From Macrostomum lignano (taxonomy: Eukaryota), in assembly GCA_002269645.1 (NCBI GenBank), contig NIVC01003458.1, forward strand, positions 1-64,000: 64,000 nucleotides of DNA. The letters are read 5' to 3'. Positions 12,612 through 25,960 of this stretch are shown here, in pieces; positions within the stretch are counted from its first letter, which is position 1; every line of letters starts with the position of its first letter. The notes beneath the pieces were generated by a model that saw only the letters and a list, made by a program, of their open reading frames with translations, was not told the DNA's origin and searched no databases. A program made the position numbers and the translations under genes.

Positions 12612-15320
12612 ATGCAAGCTCCAGTCCTATTGCTGATTGCTTTCCTAGGTGCTACTCAGGCATTTTACATTCCTGGAATAGCCCCTGTGGAATTTTCCAA
12701 AGATGATCATGTTGAAGTTAAGGTAAGCACTAAAATATTATTACTAAATCAACAGTTTTATCAGTCAGTTTTTGCTACCAACTCCATGTGCTTCAGTGAC
12801 CTACTAAACCCCAGTCCTTCAACTTCTACTAATCCTAAGCACGCTAAAGTGCATTGCAAACAAACTACATAGAAGTATCCCACCCTCTCGCATCGCAGGC
12901 GGTGAAGCTGACTAGCGTGAAGACCCAGCTGCCCTACGAATACTACTCGATGCCGTTCTGCACTCCGGAAAAGGGCTTCGAGTACAAAGCTGAAAATCTT
13001 GGCGAAATTCTCAAAGGCGACCGCATAGTGAACACGCCCTACGTATTGAAGGCTGGCAGGGATGAAAAATGTCGCAAGTTATGCGAGGTGCCGCTGCAAC
13101 CTGAGCAGGCCACTATGCTCACTGACCGGATCCACAATAAGTACACTGTGCACTTGATGGCCGACAATCTGCCAGTGGCCACCAAGTTCAAGATGCTGGG
13201 CACAGGGGAGACTCAATACGAACTTGGCTACAGACTCGGCTACGAGCTGAAGGACAAGGCCCAGCTGTTTGTGCACAATCACCTCAAGTTTATTGTCAGT
13301 TACAATCTGGACGAGCATCAGATGTATCGAATTGTTGGCTTCGAAGTTGAGCCGTCTTCAATCAAAGCCAGCCAAGTTAGCTTCGATCGCAGTTCCGGCG
13401 TCGATCGGTGCGTCTTCAAGGAGGAGGCCGGCAGCCGGTTGGAGCCTCAGCAGGTCACTAACACTCTGGATAAGGTCGTGTACACCTACGAAGTTGTCTG
13501 GCGCCCGTCTAAGGTGCCCTGGTCCAGCCGTTGGGATATCTACCTGACTATGCAAGACTTCCAGATTCACTGGTTCTCCATCATCAATTCGATTGTTATT
13601 ATCTTCTTCCTAGCCGGCGTTGTCACCATGATCATGGTGCGCACCCTTCGCCGTGACATTGCCAAATACAATCGAGACGACGACCTGGAGGAGACGCTAG
13701 AAGAGACAGGCTGGAAGCTTGTCCACGGCGACGTTTTCCGCCCGCCCAGACGGGCCCGCCTGTTGATCGCCCTGCTGGGCTCCGGCGTCCAGCTGTTCAT
13801 GATGTTTCTGTCCACCATCTGCCTGGCCGCGCTGGGCATGCTGAGCCCGGCTAGCCGGGGCAGCCTGATGACCGCGGCCACATTCTTCTACGTGTTCTCC
13901 GGCCTGGTGTCCGGCTATTTCTCGGCCAGGATGTACAAGACAATGAAAGGTGTACAATGGAAATCTGCCGCCCTGCTAACTGGCCTGCTACTGCCGGCTA
14001 TTGTGCTTGGCACCGGATTCTTTATTAACTTCTTTGTATGGGCCAAGGCCTCGTCTGGAGCTGTGCCATTTGGCACCATGGTAGCTCTGCTGGCCCTGTG
14101 GCTGTGCGTGTCCGTCCCGCTGGTCATGGCCGGCTCGTTCTTCGGCTTCCGCAAGCAGCCGTACGAGCACCCGGTTCGAACCAATCAGATCCCGCGCGCT
14201 GTGCCAGATCAGAAATGGTACAGCAACGTGCTTATCTCCATCCTAATCACCGGGATTCTACCGTTTGGCGCCGTGTTTATTGAACTGTTCTTCATCCTGA
14301 CCGCTATCTGGGAGAAGCAGTTCTATTATCTATTTGGTTTCCTGCTGGCCGTATTCATTATCCTCATTATTAGCTGCGCGCAGATCTCCGTTGTCATGAC
14401 CTATTTTCAGCTATGCTCAGAGGTTTGTAAACCCCACTTGTTCTTATCAACAGTCTATGTAAACTAGCGAATGCGAATAACTTCATTAACTATATGTATT
14501 GTTTCTTTAATTGCAGGATTATCATTGGTGGTGGCGCTCGTTTATCATCTCGGGCGGCTGCGCCTTCTACGTTCTGGTCTATTCTATCTTCTATTTTGTG
14601 ACCAAGGTGAGATGGCGTTTCGCGGCTGGGGTTGAAATACTTGCTTAAGAATAATAAAAGTAACAGTAAAGACTTATGGCAATACACCCTTCTACATTAT
14701 CCTTTTCAGTTTACACTGCTACATGCTACCCTCCCAGATGTTTAAACTGGGATACCCCTGCCCTTCCTGATCCTCCTGAGCCTCCCAAACCTCCCTGAGC
14801 CTCCCAAACCTCCCTGAGCCTCCCAAACCTCCCTGAGCCTCCCAAACCTCCCTGAGCCTCCCAAACCCTCAGTTGCTGGGCCAGCCTCCCAGATCCTCAG
14901 TTGCTGAGCCAGCCTCCCAGATCAGTTGCTGGGCCAGCCTCCCAGATCCTCAGTTGCTGGGCCAGCCTCCCAGATCCAGATCCTATGTTATTGGGCCCCT
15001 CCCAGTGTCAGTTGCTGGGCCAGCCTCCCAGAGTGTCAGTTGCTGGGCCAGCCTCCCAGATCCTCAGTTGCTGGGCATCATCCCGGATCCTCAATTGCTG
15101 GGCATCCATCCTAGATCCTCAGTCTGAACAAGCACTCATTGGTTGATTTTCCTTACCTAACACCTTTCAGCTGAGCCTCACAGACTTTGTATCCGTGATC
15201 CTCTACTTCGGCTACTCCATGCTGATGGTGATTGTGTTCTGGATCTTCACCGGCACAGTCGGCTTCTACGCCTCCTATTGGTTTGTCCGTCGAATCTACG
15301 GCGCGATCAAGATCGACTGA
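12612..15320 (+). CDS. TM9SF4: Transmembrane 9 superfamily member 4 (nonaspanin), 624 aa, 4 exons
   Basis: Exons 12612-12722, 12899-14422, 14517-14606, 15171-15320; all GT-AG, phase 0. Signal peptide plus [30 protein letters not shown] and a C-terminal IYGAIKID (KxD/E motif) typical of TM9SF4. Confidence 0.95.
14770..15125. repeat. Intronic minisatellites (19-bp CCTCCCTGAGCCTCCCAAA grading into 28-bp CCTCCCAGATCCTCAGTTGCTGGGCCAG)
   Basis: Tandem arrays in TM9SF4 intron 3. Confidence 0.9.
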
Positions 15321-16109
15321 AACAGTAGACTAGGAAGACGCGGGACCTGATCCCCCCTGTCTAATATGTGACGAACAATATTTGCCTGAATGTGACTCAA
15401 CTATATTTATTTAGAAGTTGTTATTGGTGAATCATTGACCTTTTGTTTATCAAACTATATTGTTAAAAAACAACAGAAAACTTTTGTGTGAGGTAGATTG
15501 TTAAATTTTTTTCTATTGTAACTTGCTGCTAATTTTCGTTGTCTGTTTTTTGCTTCTGTTTCTGGCAAAATTGAAAGAAATTTCTGTCTCTAATCTATTG
15601 CCTTCTGTGTTTTTTGCTTACGTTTTTTATTAGTGAGTAGTATGGCGATCTGGTTGTTTGTTTACTTTGTGCTTTTTTATTTAAAAAGGCAGTCAGTACC
15701 ACAGTTGCAGTGAACTAATATCTTGCTTTGTGTTAATACATCCTTTTACTTTAGTTAGTTTAATAGTAGACTATGCTATTGTTCAGTTTTTTGTGTAACA
15801 ATATCCGTTTATATAAGTTTCCTTAGTTAGTATTTCCCTATGACAGTACCATAGGTGATTTAATCATAACTTGGAAATGTTAATAATTAATGTCGATTTA
15901 CTTGTACATTATCTATTATTATATCTGTCGTCGGATGGCTCGTAATCGTTTGCTTTATTTTTATTTAAAGATTATCTGTACTCGTAGTATTCCAGACGAT
16001 AGTATACACTCAGTAACGTGTCAAAGTTCATGAGGAACTGAGATTGACAGGTTTAATCCAACTGTGACTTTGGGTTGATATCTGAGACAAGTTGGCCGCT
16101 GGTTTCTGG

Positions 16110-16548
16110 CATAGATAGATGGGCCATTCAGCACATTTGCGTGCAAGCTACTTTCAGTTCAGTAGTAAGTTAAACTGAAGCATTTAATGTATTTTAAAAG
16201 CCAAGGCTCATTTATTGGCTCTTACCCCCAGCTTAAACCCTCCGACCGCGCCTTTCCACCCTACCCCCTTCGCCCCGCCCCAATTTTAATTGCCTTTCTC
16301 GGAATTCCAACCTAAAGCGGCCATGTACATTTCAGTGGACTGGCTAATGTACATTTTTGCTGAACCAATTAGCAAGCTGTTTACGCCTGCAAGCTTGGGC
16401 TTCTAAACTTATCAAAGTCATTTCAGCTGGCTTTATTTTTTATAAAATTAGCTTATGTATCCTTTGCTACTGAACTGAAAGTAGAAAGCTGTTTTACTAA
16501 GTATGTATGTCTGAGTAGTGGCCCATCTAGTTATTTTAGTATCTGTGG
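16110..16548 (+). mobile_element. MITE family A copy 1
   Basis: TIR core TAGATGGGCCA(C/T)T..AGTGGCCCATCTAG with subterminal ACTTTCAGTTCAGTAG; clearly homologous to 21391-21800 and 59900-60347. Confidence 0.8.
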
Positions 16549-17054
16549 CTTCTGGCTGAAAACTTTAACATGTTGCTCTGTGTATTCACTATTATATATT
16601 TGACTACTATTGTTTAATTTTCAAATCAAGTCAATAGTAGATTTCTATCTCTCTTTTTAAATGGAAAACTCAAACCCATTCCACCCCGAAATGATATCGT
16701 TTGTTTTTTTGTTTTTATGCCTTACAAATACTGAGGCAAGTCTGTTTCGACTTCTGCTTCTGGAAGACTATACAGAGCTCAGTTCTAACAAATTGGTACG
16801 ATTAGAATTTTTTCTCAATTATGTTAATTTGAATTTTTGTTTTGTCATTGCCTGCCAATTTTCACTCGTAGCTCGAACACAATTGCGCATGTACGTACTT
16901 TATCTAGCTGGCAACAAAAAATTGCTGTGGATATCAAATTTTAGAATTTTGCTATAATACTAATAGTAGGCTTATAGAAGTTATCTATGAAAAAGACCTC
17001 TGTAGCAGGGAGAGTCCTTGCGTGTCCAACGAAAATACTATACTGTTTCCACAT

Positions 17055-17575
17055 GTGAAGCCACCGTATCCATATAGGAAGCCAGTGTATCCACATCTGA
17101 AGCCACCGTATCCATATAGGAAGCCACTATATCCACGTGGGAATCCATATGGGAAGCCACTATATCCACGTGGGAATCCATATGGAAAGCCACTGTATCC
17201 ATATCGGAAACCACTGTATCCATATGGGAAGCCACTATATCCACGTGGGATTCCATATGGGAAGCCACTATATCCACGTGGGATTCCATATGGGAAGCCA
17301 CTGTATCCACGTGGGAATCCATGTGGAGAGCCACTATATCCTCGTGGGATTCCATATGGGAAGCCACTATATCCACGTGGGATTCCATATGGGAAGCCAC
17401 TATATCCACGTGGGATTCCATATGGGAAGCCACTGTATTCACGTGGGAATCCATATGGGAAGCCACTATATCCACGTGGGATTCCATATGGGAAGCCACT
17501 GTATCCACGTGGGAATCCATATGGGAAGCCACTGTATCCACGTGGGAATCCATGTGGAGAGCCAATGTATCCATG
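17055..17575. repeat. 33-bp minisatellite GGGAAGCCACTATATCCACGTGGGATTCCATAT
   Basis: Tandem array; source of the GKPLYPRGIPY pseudo-ORFs. Confidence 0.95.
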
Positions 17576-18144
17576 CAAACTATGCTGCTGTAATAGGCTG
17601 CACGTTTTCGCACTCACTCTCCAATTAGACAGTTTAATAGAATACTTTGTGTCCCACTCTTTCTGTTTTGCTTTTGCGTTCGTCTTATACAGCATGTGCC
17701 CTTCGCCCTCCCCGAATCCTAGGCTTATAAATGCATCTTTGTTGGCATGTCAGACCTGTCTGCTCGGCAAGGTGAATTGCGCAGTAGGAGTTTTAGCTTT
17801 AACAGTACGAATATGTAACTATATATATGCGTTAGGGAATTTGGGTCTCCATATTTTTTATTCTTTATGAGTATACAGTGTATATCTATCTCCCCCTTTG
17901 TCAGAAAGTTTTGTCTCTTGCTTTCACACGTATGCGTTCACCGTCATCTCTCTCTCTCTCTCTCTCTATCCAACTATTTGGTGGTCTGCAAAAATATCTT
18001 AATAATAATGAACCGCGAGGGTTTGTTATGTCCTTAATAAGCTTATGTTTTAAACAAATGCATACATAAGCTATGATCACTATTTATCCTACTCTAATTT
18101 GCATTCTTTTTCATTATTTATTTTTGGTTTCGTGTGATGGCCTC

Positions 18145-18856
18145 TAAAATGGAAGCCTCTATCCATAGTGGAAGCCTCAATATCCATAATGGAAACCTGA
18201 ATATCCATAGTGGAAACCTCAATATCCATAGTGGAAGCCTCAATATCCATAGTGGAAGCCTCAATATCCATAGTGGAAGCCTCAATATCCATAGTGGAAC
18301 CCTCAAAATCCATAGTGGAAGCCTCAATATCCATAGTGGAAGCCTCAATATCCATAGTGGAAGCCTCAATATCCATAGTGGAAGCCTCAATATCCATAGT
18401 GGAACCCTCAAAATCCATAGTGGAACCCTCAAAATCCATAGTGGAAGCCTCAATATCCATAGTGGAAGCCTCAATATCCATAGTGGAAGCCTCAATATCC
18501 ATAGTTGAAGCCTCAATATCCATAGTGGAAGCCTCAATATCCATAGTGGAACCCTCAAAATCCATAGTGGAAGCCTCAATATCCATAGTGGAAGCCTCAA
18601 TATCCATAGTTGAAGCCTCAATATCCATAGTGGAAGCCTCAATATCCATAGTGGAAGCCTCAATATCCATAGTGGAAGCCTCAATATCCATAGTGGAAGC
18701 CTCAATATCCATAGTGGAAGCCTCAATATCCATAGTGGAAACCTGAATATCCATAGTGGAAACCTGAATATCCATAGTGGAAGCCTCAATATCCATAGTT
18801 GAAGCCTCAATATCCATAGTGGAAGCCTCAATATCCATAGTGGAAGCCTCAATATA
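18145..18856. repeat. 21-bp minisatellite AGTGGAAGCCTCAATATCCAT
   Basis: Tandem array ending about 90 bp upstream of the PSMA3 ATG. Confidence 0.95.
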
Positions 18857-18945
18857 GTGTAAGCCTCTGTAAACTATGGTAGATACATACTACTATTTGA
18901 CATACTACTACTTTTCCCTTTCATGCGGCGCGCCCACATCCAACA

Positions 18946-20943
18946 ATGAGCAGCATAGGAACAGGTTACGATTTGGACGTATCAGAGTACAGCCCCGAGG
19001 GCAAGCTATTCCAGGTCGAGTACGCGCACAAGGCTGTTGAATCCAGCGGCACCGCTGTCGGCATCTGCTGTCGGGATGGTGTCGTATTAGCCGTTGAAAA
19101 TATTGTCACGTCGAAGCTGTACGAGACTAATTGCAATCGGCGCGTGTTCCACATCGATAGGCACATCGGCATGGCCGCCTCCGGCCTGCTGCCCGACGCC
19201 AGGGCCGTTGCTAGGCACGCTCGCGAGGAGGCTGCCGATTATCGACAGGTAAGCCGGGTTATTTAGGAGCTTTAGAATCCGGCTAAATACCTAGAATTAA
19301 CCAGTAATCATAAGGGAGATCTCTGGAAATATTCCTGCTAGAAATCCTCCAGGAATACAAAGAATCTTCGGGTAGTCTGTTAGCACTTAGGAAATCTGGG
19401 GGAAATTTCTTGAAAGCTGGGGAATCTTTTGAGAAATAAGGAATTTTAAAAAGATCCGGAGGAAGGAGATCCGGAGGGAGATCCGGGAAATCCGCAAAAG
19501 ATCTGACAGAATCCTCAGGAGATCCGGGAGAATCCTCAGGAGATCCGGGAGAATCCTCAGGAGATCCGGGAGAATCCTCAGGAGACCCGGGAAATCCGCA
19601 AGAGATCTGACAGAATCCTCAGGAGATCCGGGGAATCCACAGGAGATCCGTGGAATCCTCAGGAGATCCGGGAGAATCCTCAGGAGATCCGGGAGAATCC
19701 TCAGGAGATCCGGGAGAATCCTCAGGAGATCCGGGAGAATCCTCAGGAGATCCGGGAGAATCCTCAGGAGATCCGGGGAATCCTCAGGAGATCCGTGGAA
19801 TCCTCAGGAGATCCGTGGAATCCTCAGGAGATCCGGGAGAATCCTCAGGAGATCCGGGAAATCCACAGGAGATCCGGGAGAATCCTCAGGAGATCCGGGA
19901 GAATCCTCAGGAGATCCGGGAGAATCCTCAGGAGATCCGGGAGAATCCTCAGGAGACCCGGGAAATCCGCAAGAGATCTGACAGAATCCTCAGGAGATCC
20001 GGGAAATCTTCGGGAGATCCGGGGAATCCTCAGGAGATCCGGGAGAATCCTCAGGAGATCCGGGGAATCCTCAGGAGATCCGGGAGAATCCTCAGGAGAT
20101 CCGGGGAATCCACAGGAGATCCGGGAGAATCCTCAGGAGATCCGGGAGAATACTCAGGAGACCCGGGAAATCCGCAAGAGATCCGGGAGCATCATCAGGA
20201 GACCCGGGAAATCCGCAAGAGATCTGACAGAATCCTCAGGTGATCCGGGAAATCTTCGGGAGATCCTGGGAATCCTTAGGAAATTCTCGGGAGATCCGGG
20301 GGGCTCGTTAAGATTTCCAAAGAAATTGCTACCCCAATAAATCTTAAAATGTCGTCTTGGTCAGTAAAAATATTAAGTAAAAATCTATCATTTGCTAGCC
20401 TATTAACTACAATACTACTAAGAAGTAGTTGAAGCAGATATTATTTTACCAACACCACACCAATAAACAACAATGTGTTATTCGCAGTCGCACGGTGAGC
20501 CGATGCCGCTATCCGAGCTGGCCAGCCGGGTCAGCAATCTGATGCACGCCTACACCATGTACAGCGCCGTTAGACCGTTCGGCTGCGGCGTCCTGCTGGC
20601 CGCCTTCGAGAACGGCCGGCCCCAGCTGTACGGAGTCGAACCGTCTGGCGTGTACTATAGTTACCATGGCTACGCTATTGGCAAGGCCAAGCAGAACGCT
20701 CGCACAGAGATTGAGAAACTAAAACTAGCCGAGTTGTCTGCCGCCAACGGGGTGAAAGAGGCCGCTAAAATTATTTACTCGTGCCACGACGAGGTCAAGG
20801 ATAAATATTTCGAATTGGATTTGTCCTTGACCTCGGCCGAGACAGCCGGTCGTCACGTGATAGTTACTGGGGAACAATGGACCGAGGCCAGTAACTATGC
20901 CAAGGCCGCACTGGAGGAGCACGACTCCGATGACGATGTTTGA
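18946..20943 (+). CDS. PSMA3: Proteasome subunit alpha type-3 (alpha7), 252 aa, 2 exons
   Basis: Exons 18946-19248 (donor CAG|GTAAGC) and 20488-20943 (acceptor TTCGCAG|). Motifs [40 protein letters not shown] and an acidic C-tail. Confidence 0.95.
19445..20300. repeat. 21-bp minisatellite GGAGATCCGGGAGAATCCTCA in PSMA3 intron
   Basis: Directly visible tandem array. Confidence 0.95.
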
Positions 20944-21390
20944 GCCTAGCCCGGTACTAATGAGTGACTTGAAAACTTATTACTATTATATGATGCTGTT
21001 TCAATGTGCTATTGCGGGTAGGAAAGCACTTGGCAAGTTGAATTCTGTGTGGGTTTTGTTTATCCCGAATCTTCATCGGTTGGCAATAGGTTAAATAAGG
21101 TCAAATTAATAAATAAACCGCTGTTTATATCCAGAGTCTACTGCTTACACCAGTGTCGACTTATGTTTCTGTAACAGGCTTCTACGTTCTCCTAATTTCC
21201 AAACTAGCCGTCTTTATAATAACATTATTCCTAAAAATATAATTAATGATCAAACCAGTTAGGGAGTATGAAAAAATACTAATGCAGCAATGGACGCCCT
21301 AACTCCTGTTTTTAAAAAAATAAAAACTGCAATCACGACGCATTGGATTTGTTTTGTTATTTTTGTGTATACTAAACAAAATTAAAAAGT

Positions 21391-21800
21391 CAGATGCTAA
21401 AATAACTAGATGGGCCACTCAGGCCATTTTACTTAGTAAAACAGCTTTCTACTTTCAGTTCAGTAGCAATGAAGAATACATAAGCTATTTTGTAAATATA
21501 AAGCCAGCTGAAACGACTATGATTAGCAACAATGTACATTGGCCAGTCCACTGAGCTGAAATGTACATGGCAGATTTAGGCTGGAGTTCCGAGAAAGGCA
21601 ATAAAAATTAGGGCGGGGCGAACGGGGAGTGTGGAAAGGGGCTGTTGGAGGGTTTAGGCTGGGGGGACGGGGGTAAGAGCCAATAAATGAGCCTTTGCTT
21701 TAAAAGTAATTAAAACAGCTTCAGTTTAACTTACTACTGAACCGAAAGTAGCTTACACGCAAATTTGCTGAGTGGCCCATCTGGTTTTTAGTAGCTGTGG
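21391..21800 (-). mobile_element. MITE family A copy 2 (inverted)
   Basis: Reverse-orientation homolog of 16110-16548 with the same TIR core. Confidence 0.8.
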
Positions 21801-22143
21801 TATTGAGTTTTGAGTGACGCAACTTGCACCACGCGACGCAGCGTTGGGCTGGGTGAGGAAGAGATTTGGAAGAGCGGGGGGGCGAAGATTGAATGGATTG
21901 AAGCTTCCGCCCGGTTTTAATTTTGTTTCAAGCATTTTCTACACTAAGATGGTTGGCCAGGTGACAGACGCTGGTCAAAAGACACTGCTCACTGGGGCAA
22001 AAGGTGGCGACTTTTCAATGTTGCTGAGTATACATAGCCCCCACAGCCCAGCTCAGACAAAATGGAACAATTGGATCTCGTAGTTTCATTGAAGCTCTCT
22101 CGATTGATACGATTGATTCGTTATTTTGTGACCAATTGACCAA

Positions 22144-22520
22144 TGAGCAGCTCAGCGGTAGACCCGTCTGAATCCTCTCACGCCACGACCCCTGGTTCGA
22201 TTCCGTGCGCAGCCACATTCGGGGCTCGTGTGCACAAAAATTGGCTTGTAGGGATCGGGGGGGGGGGTTGTCGTGCGATTCACACCCACGAGAGCCGGCC
22301 TTCAAGGCGCAGAGTGTACATAACATGCCTTGCCGATTAGGTCAGGGCCGCTGTACACCCTGTGTGAGCGTGTGTACACAGTATTGGCGCGCTTGTACCA
22401 TGTGCTTAGGAGTCAGCGGAGAATGGGTAGAACTGACTCGGCGCTGCATGGTTGCAGGAAGATGTCGCCGAAGGCGTTGCGCCAAGATGTCCGCACGCCT
22501 CCGGCAATGATTTATATTTT
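22144..22520 (+). mobile_element. tRNA-derived SINE-like element
   Basis: A box AGCTCAGCGGT (22149) and B box GGTTCGATTCC (22194). The body has a central segment shared with 31255-31340 and 53375-53440. The 3' boundary is approximate. Confidence 0.7.
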
Positions 22521-22849
22521 TAAAACCGCCAACTGAACGTTGCCAGAGCACCACCGACACTCCAGCTGCTCCCCGATTACTGTAAGCTCCTTGCCTCCAA
22601 CTAGGCCAAGATCGACCCGATCATGGCTCACTCATGTCCTCTGATCTGACTGCTGACTTTTCTGGCTCTCCAGACCAGCTGAAGAAAGTCAGATCGAGCG
22701 TTTACTGAGAAGGCGTTTCTTGACTCCTTGGACTCGTCCCCGCCCTCAATCCGGCCATTCAATTCCAGCTGTGCACGCAGCGATCTTCGGTTTCGCGGGC
22801 TGAGGCTCGGAACAGCTTCATCTGACCAGAGCGCCACAGAGGCAGCAAA

Positions 22850-24390
22850 CTATAGGAACTATGGAACTAAGAAAAATAAGGATACTAAGGAACTAAGGGA
22901 AGTAAGAAACAAAGGAACTACCTCGTAAAGATGCTAACAAACTAGTAAGAAAGTAGGAAATTAAGAAACTAAGAAACTAAGGAACCAGGGGAACTAAGAG
23001 AAACTAAGGAAAGTAAGAAACTGGGGAACTAAGAGATTTGGGAAACTAAGGAAAGTAAGAAACTGAGGAACTATAAGAGATTTGGGAAACTAAGGAAAGT
23101 AAGAAACTGGGGAACTAAGAGATTTGGGAAACTAAGGAAAGTAAGAAACTGAGGAAGAGACTTGGGAAACTAAGGAAAGTAAGAAACTGAGGAGCTAAGA
23201 GACTTATTTCGGCCCTCGGCCTTGGTTTAGGGGGGTGTACCTGGAGTGAGTGCGTACTCTGGACTGCAGTGTGGCTAGAACGGGACTTGAGCCCCCCGGT
23301 CGTACCCGCCCTGCAGGAAAGAATGACCATTCACGAAGGTGTACGGTAGAGCCTAGTTGACGCCAGCCCTGAGGCTGTGCACCGGGAAGCAGGTAGTAAG
23401 TAGCCTGCTAGTAGGGTTCAGGTGCTCTTCCGTCCTGTTTTTATCCCCAGTTTTATCTGTTTTATCTTAATGTAAGGCCTTTGACTGCCGCTCCAATATT
23501 CCGGAGTTATGAGCTCTGCCCTCCCTGCCCGGTCCATCCTGCGCTGTCCTTGGTCCATCTGCTGGCTCCTCTGGTTGTCTCCCTGCCTAAGTGTCTCTGG
23601 CTCTCATCCTGACAGTGGATTGGTGTCCTGGGTTGAATGTTCGTCCCGAATCGGGGATACCGGCTGAGTCCGGGTCCTCTTGCTCCTCGTGCCTCTTCCC
23701 GACCCCTTGGCCTGGCCTCCATTATTGAGCTGGATAGGCGATACCCTTGGGTTTGTAGCCGGTAGACGGTCTTCCTGCCTGGAGTCTCGCCCTCGGAAAC
23801 AAGCCTTCCAGACTCGCTCCAATAATTAAGCCCTTTTCCGTAGACTTCGGGGTTTCCCCGCTCTCGGACCGCTTTCAGTAGTAACCCAAGCTTTTTTCTC
23901 TAATTCCAATTTTTTCTGCGCACTCCCGAGGACTTGTCTGCTGGGTGGTGGCCTGGGTGAACTCGGTCCTAGCACCGTCCCTGATTCCACTTTTTGGGTT
24001 GGCGGTGTCTTGTACCGTAGGTTTGGGCTAGTAGCACCAATTCACTAGGTTCTCACCAGAGTCCTTAGCTCTGGTCCCAATCGTGGCCTCTCGGGCTAAC
24101 ATGCCCCTGGCAGTATGGCCCACAGTCAGATCCCTGCGGTAGAGCCCCCTTTCGGGCTGATCCGCGGTAAGCCCCTGGCTTTCCACCCCCGTTTAACAAC
24201 AACAAAGATGCTAACAAACTAGTAAGAAAGTAGGAAATTAAGAAACTAAGGAGCCAAGGAAACTAAGGAACTAAGAAAGCTAATAAACTAAAAAAAACTA
24301 TAGGAACCAGGGGAACTAAGAAACCTGGGAAACTAAGGAAAGTAAGAAACTGGGGAACCAGGGAAACTATAAGGAACTAAGGACTGAAGA
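22850..24390. repeat. A/G-rich AACTAAGGAAAGTAAGAAACT-type repeat interrupted by a ~1-kb GC-rich insert (about 23200-24204)
   Basis: Repeats on both sides. The insert ends in (AAC)n, followed by a copy of the ~48-bp segment also seen at 22928. Confidence 0.6.
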
Positions 24391-25779
24391 ACAGGCCAAG
24401 CTAACAGACCAAGTATCTGTATAGCTCTATTGAGTGCAGCAACATTTCTTCATTTAGGCGGCTGCTTTTAGTTACGAGTTCGTTGCTAGCAATTAATGTC
24501 TGCTATTTATAGACACCATTTACGGCTGCTTTTTCGGATAACAGGTTGGCTATCCTTCAATAGGAGCCGTGTGTGACTAACAGAGTTGTTGTCCTATAGC
24601 GGGAAGCCCTCTGAACATGTAAATCTATTCTCAAGTGAATCAGGGACTTCGTGCTTACCTAAGAGGCTGTATAGTCATGAAAAAACAACAATTTATTATC
24701 GCTGAGAAGACATCAATTCTAGATAATAACTGCTTAACGAGAGTTGGCTCAGCTCATTTCTTAATCACCTATTTATTGCTCTTGCTAATTTGATTATACG
24801 ATTTAAGCTTAGCTTTATAATCTATTTTGATTCCAAGATTGTTTTGCAGATGTGCCATTGGAACATCTGAAATATTTCCCAATGCATTTTTTATCTTGCA
24901 ATCCTCCTTTGGGGGTTCGGCAGCTAGTTAAAGTTAACAAACTCTGAATTATTTATTAAGCACTGACTGGAGGATTCCTAATCTATAATCTAATCTAATC
25001 TATCGATCCGATTCGAAAACTCGAAATTTTATAAGCTCGAACCAGCTTAATACCCCAACGATCATTTGAAGCAGAGGTTCGACGATTTTTTTACCCTAGG
25101 GAACACTTTCATGAAGCACTGCTAACTAGCAGTAGGGTTGTGCCATAGATAAACATAGATGTTGGGAGAGGATATGAGCTCTCTCAAGACGAGAGGGCTC
25201 AAATATCCAGAGCTCCTTGACGTAGGGCCAGTGAAGCGGCTTTTCGTGACTTCGAATTGTCTTTGAAAGACTGCTGTTTCTCAGAATTCTATGCGTCGCT
25301 GACTCTGCCCGGCAGCCATGAAGCGTTGCAATAGTAAAATTTGATTATCTGCATGGGCCGTTTACGAGAGGGACGTTCAACGAATCAACGAGATTGAACG
25401 TTTCTGGATTCATTCGGAAGCGCTGCTTGAAGTCACGCGATCTTTGAACTCTCCCGGCTGACGATTATCGACCGAGAGATCAGCTACTCGAAGCGCGTCG
25501 AATAGTGGAATCTGCATTCTTATAGCCGCCTCTCGTCGATGTTAAACTTTAACAGTTACAGTTTGCGTCCTTTGAGCAGAACTGCTACGCTCATGAAACC
25601 GCGAACTGGCAGTCTGCTAAAAATCAAGCCTTTCGACCATAGACATCGTTCAGAATCTCTCTCCTCTCTCCTCTATTCCTTCGGAAAGGGGGGAATCAGA
25701 AGAGAAGAGGAAAGAGAAGATCAGAGATGAAATGAGAGATGAAAGGAGAGGTTAGAGGAAAGAAGATGAGAGGGGAGCT

Positions 25780-25960
<181 letters not shown>

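Noticed and set aside
16985-18852. Long ORFs (GFPRGYS, GKPLYPR, MDIEAST repeats)
   Set aside because: They are stop-free readings of 33-bp and 21-bp minisatellites, open in several frames on both strands, with no unique domain.
19650-20340. ESSGDPG repeat ORFs resembling collagen or mucin
   Set aside because: They lie within the PSMA3 intron and are translations of a 21-bp satellite.
22144-22215. Functional tRNA gene
   Set aside because: A and B boxes are present, but I could not build a proper acceptor stem or anticodon arm, and it continues into a repeat body, so it is treated as a SINE head.
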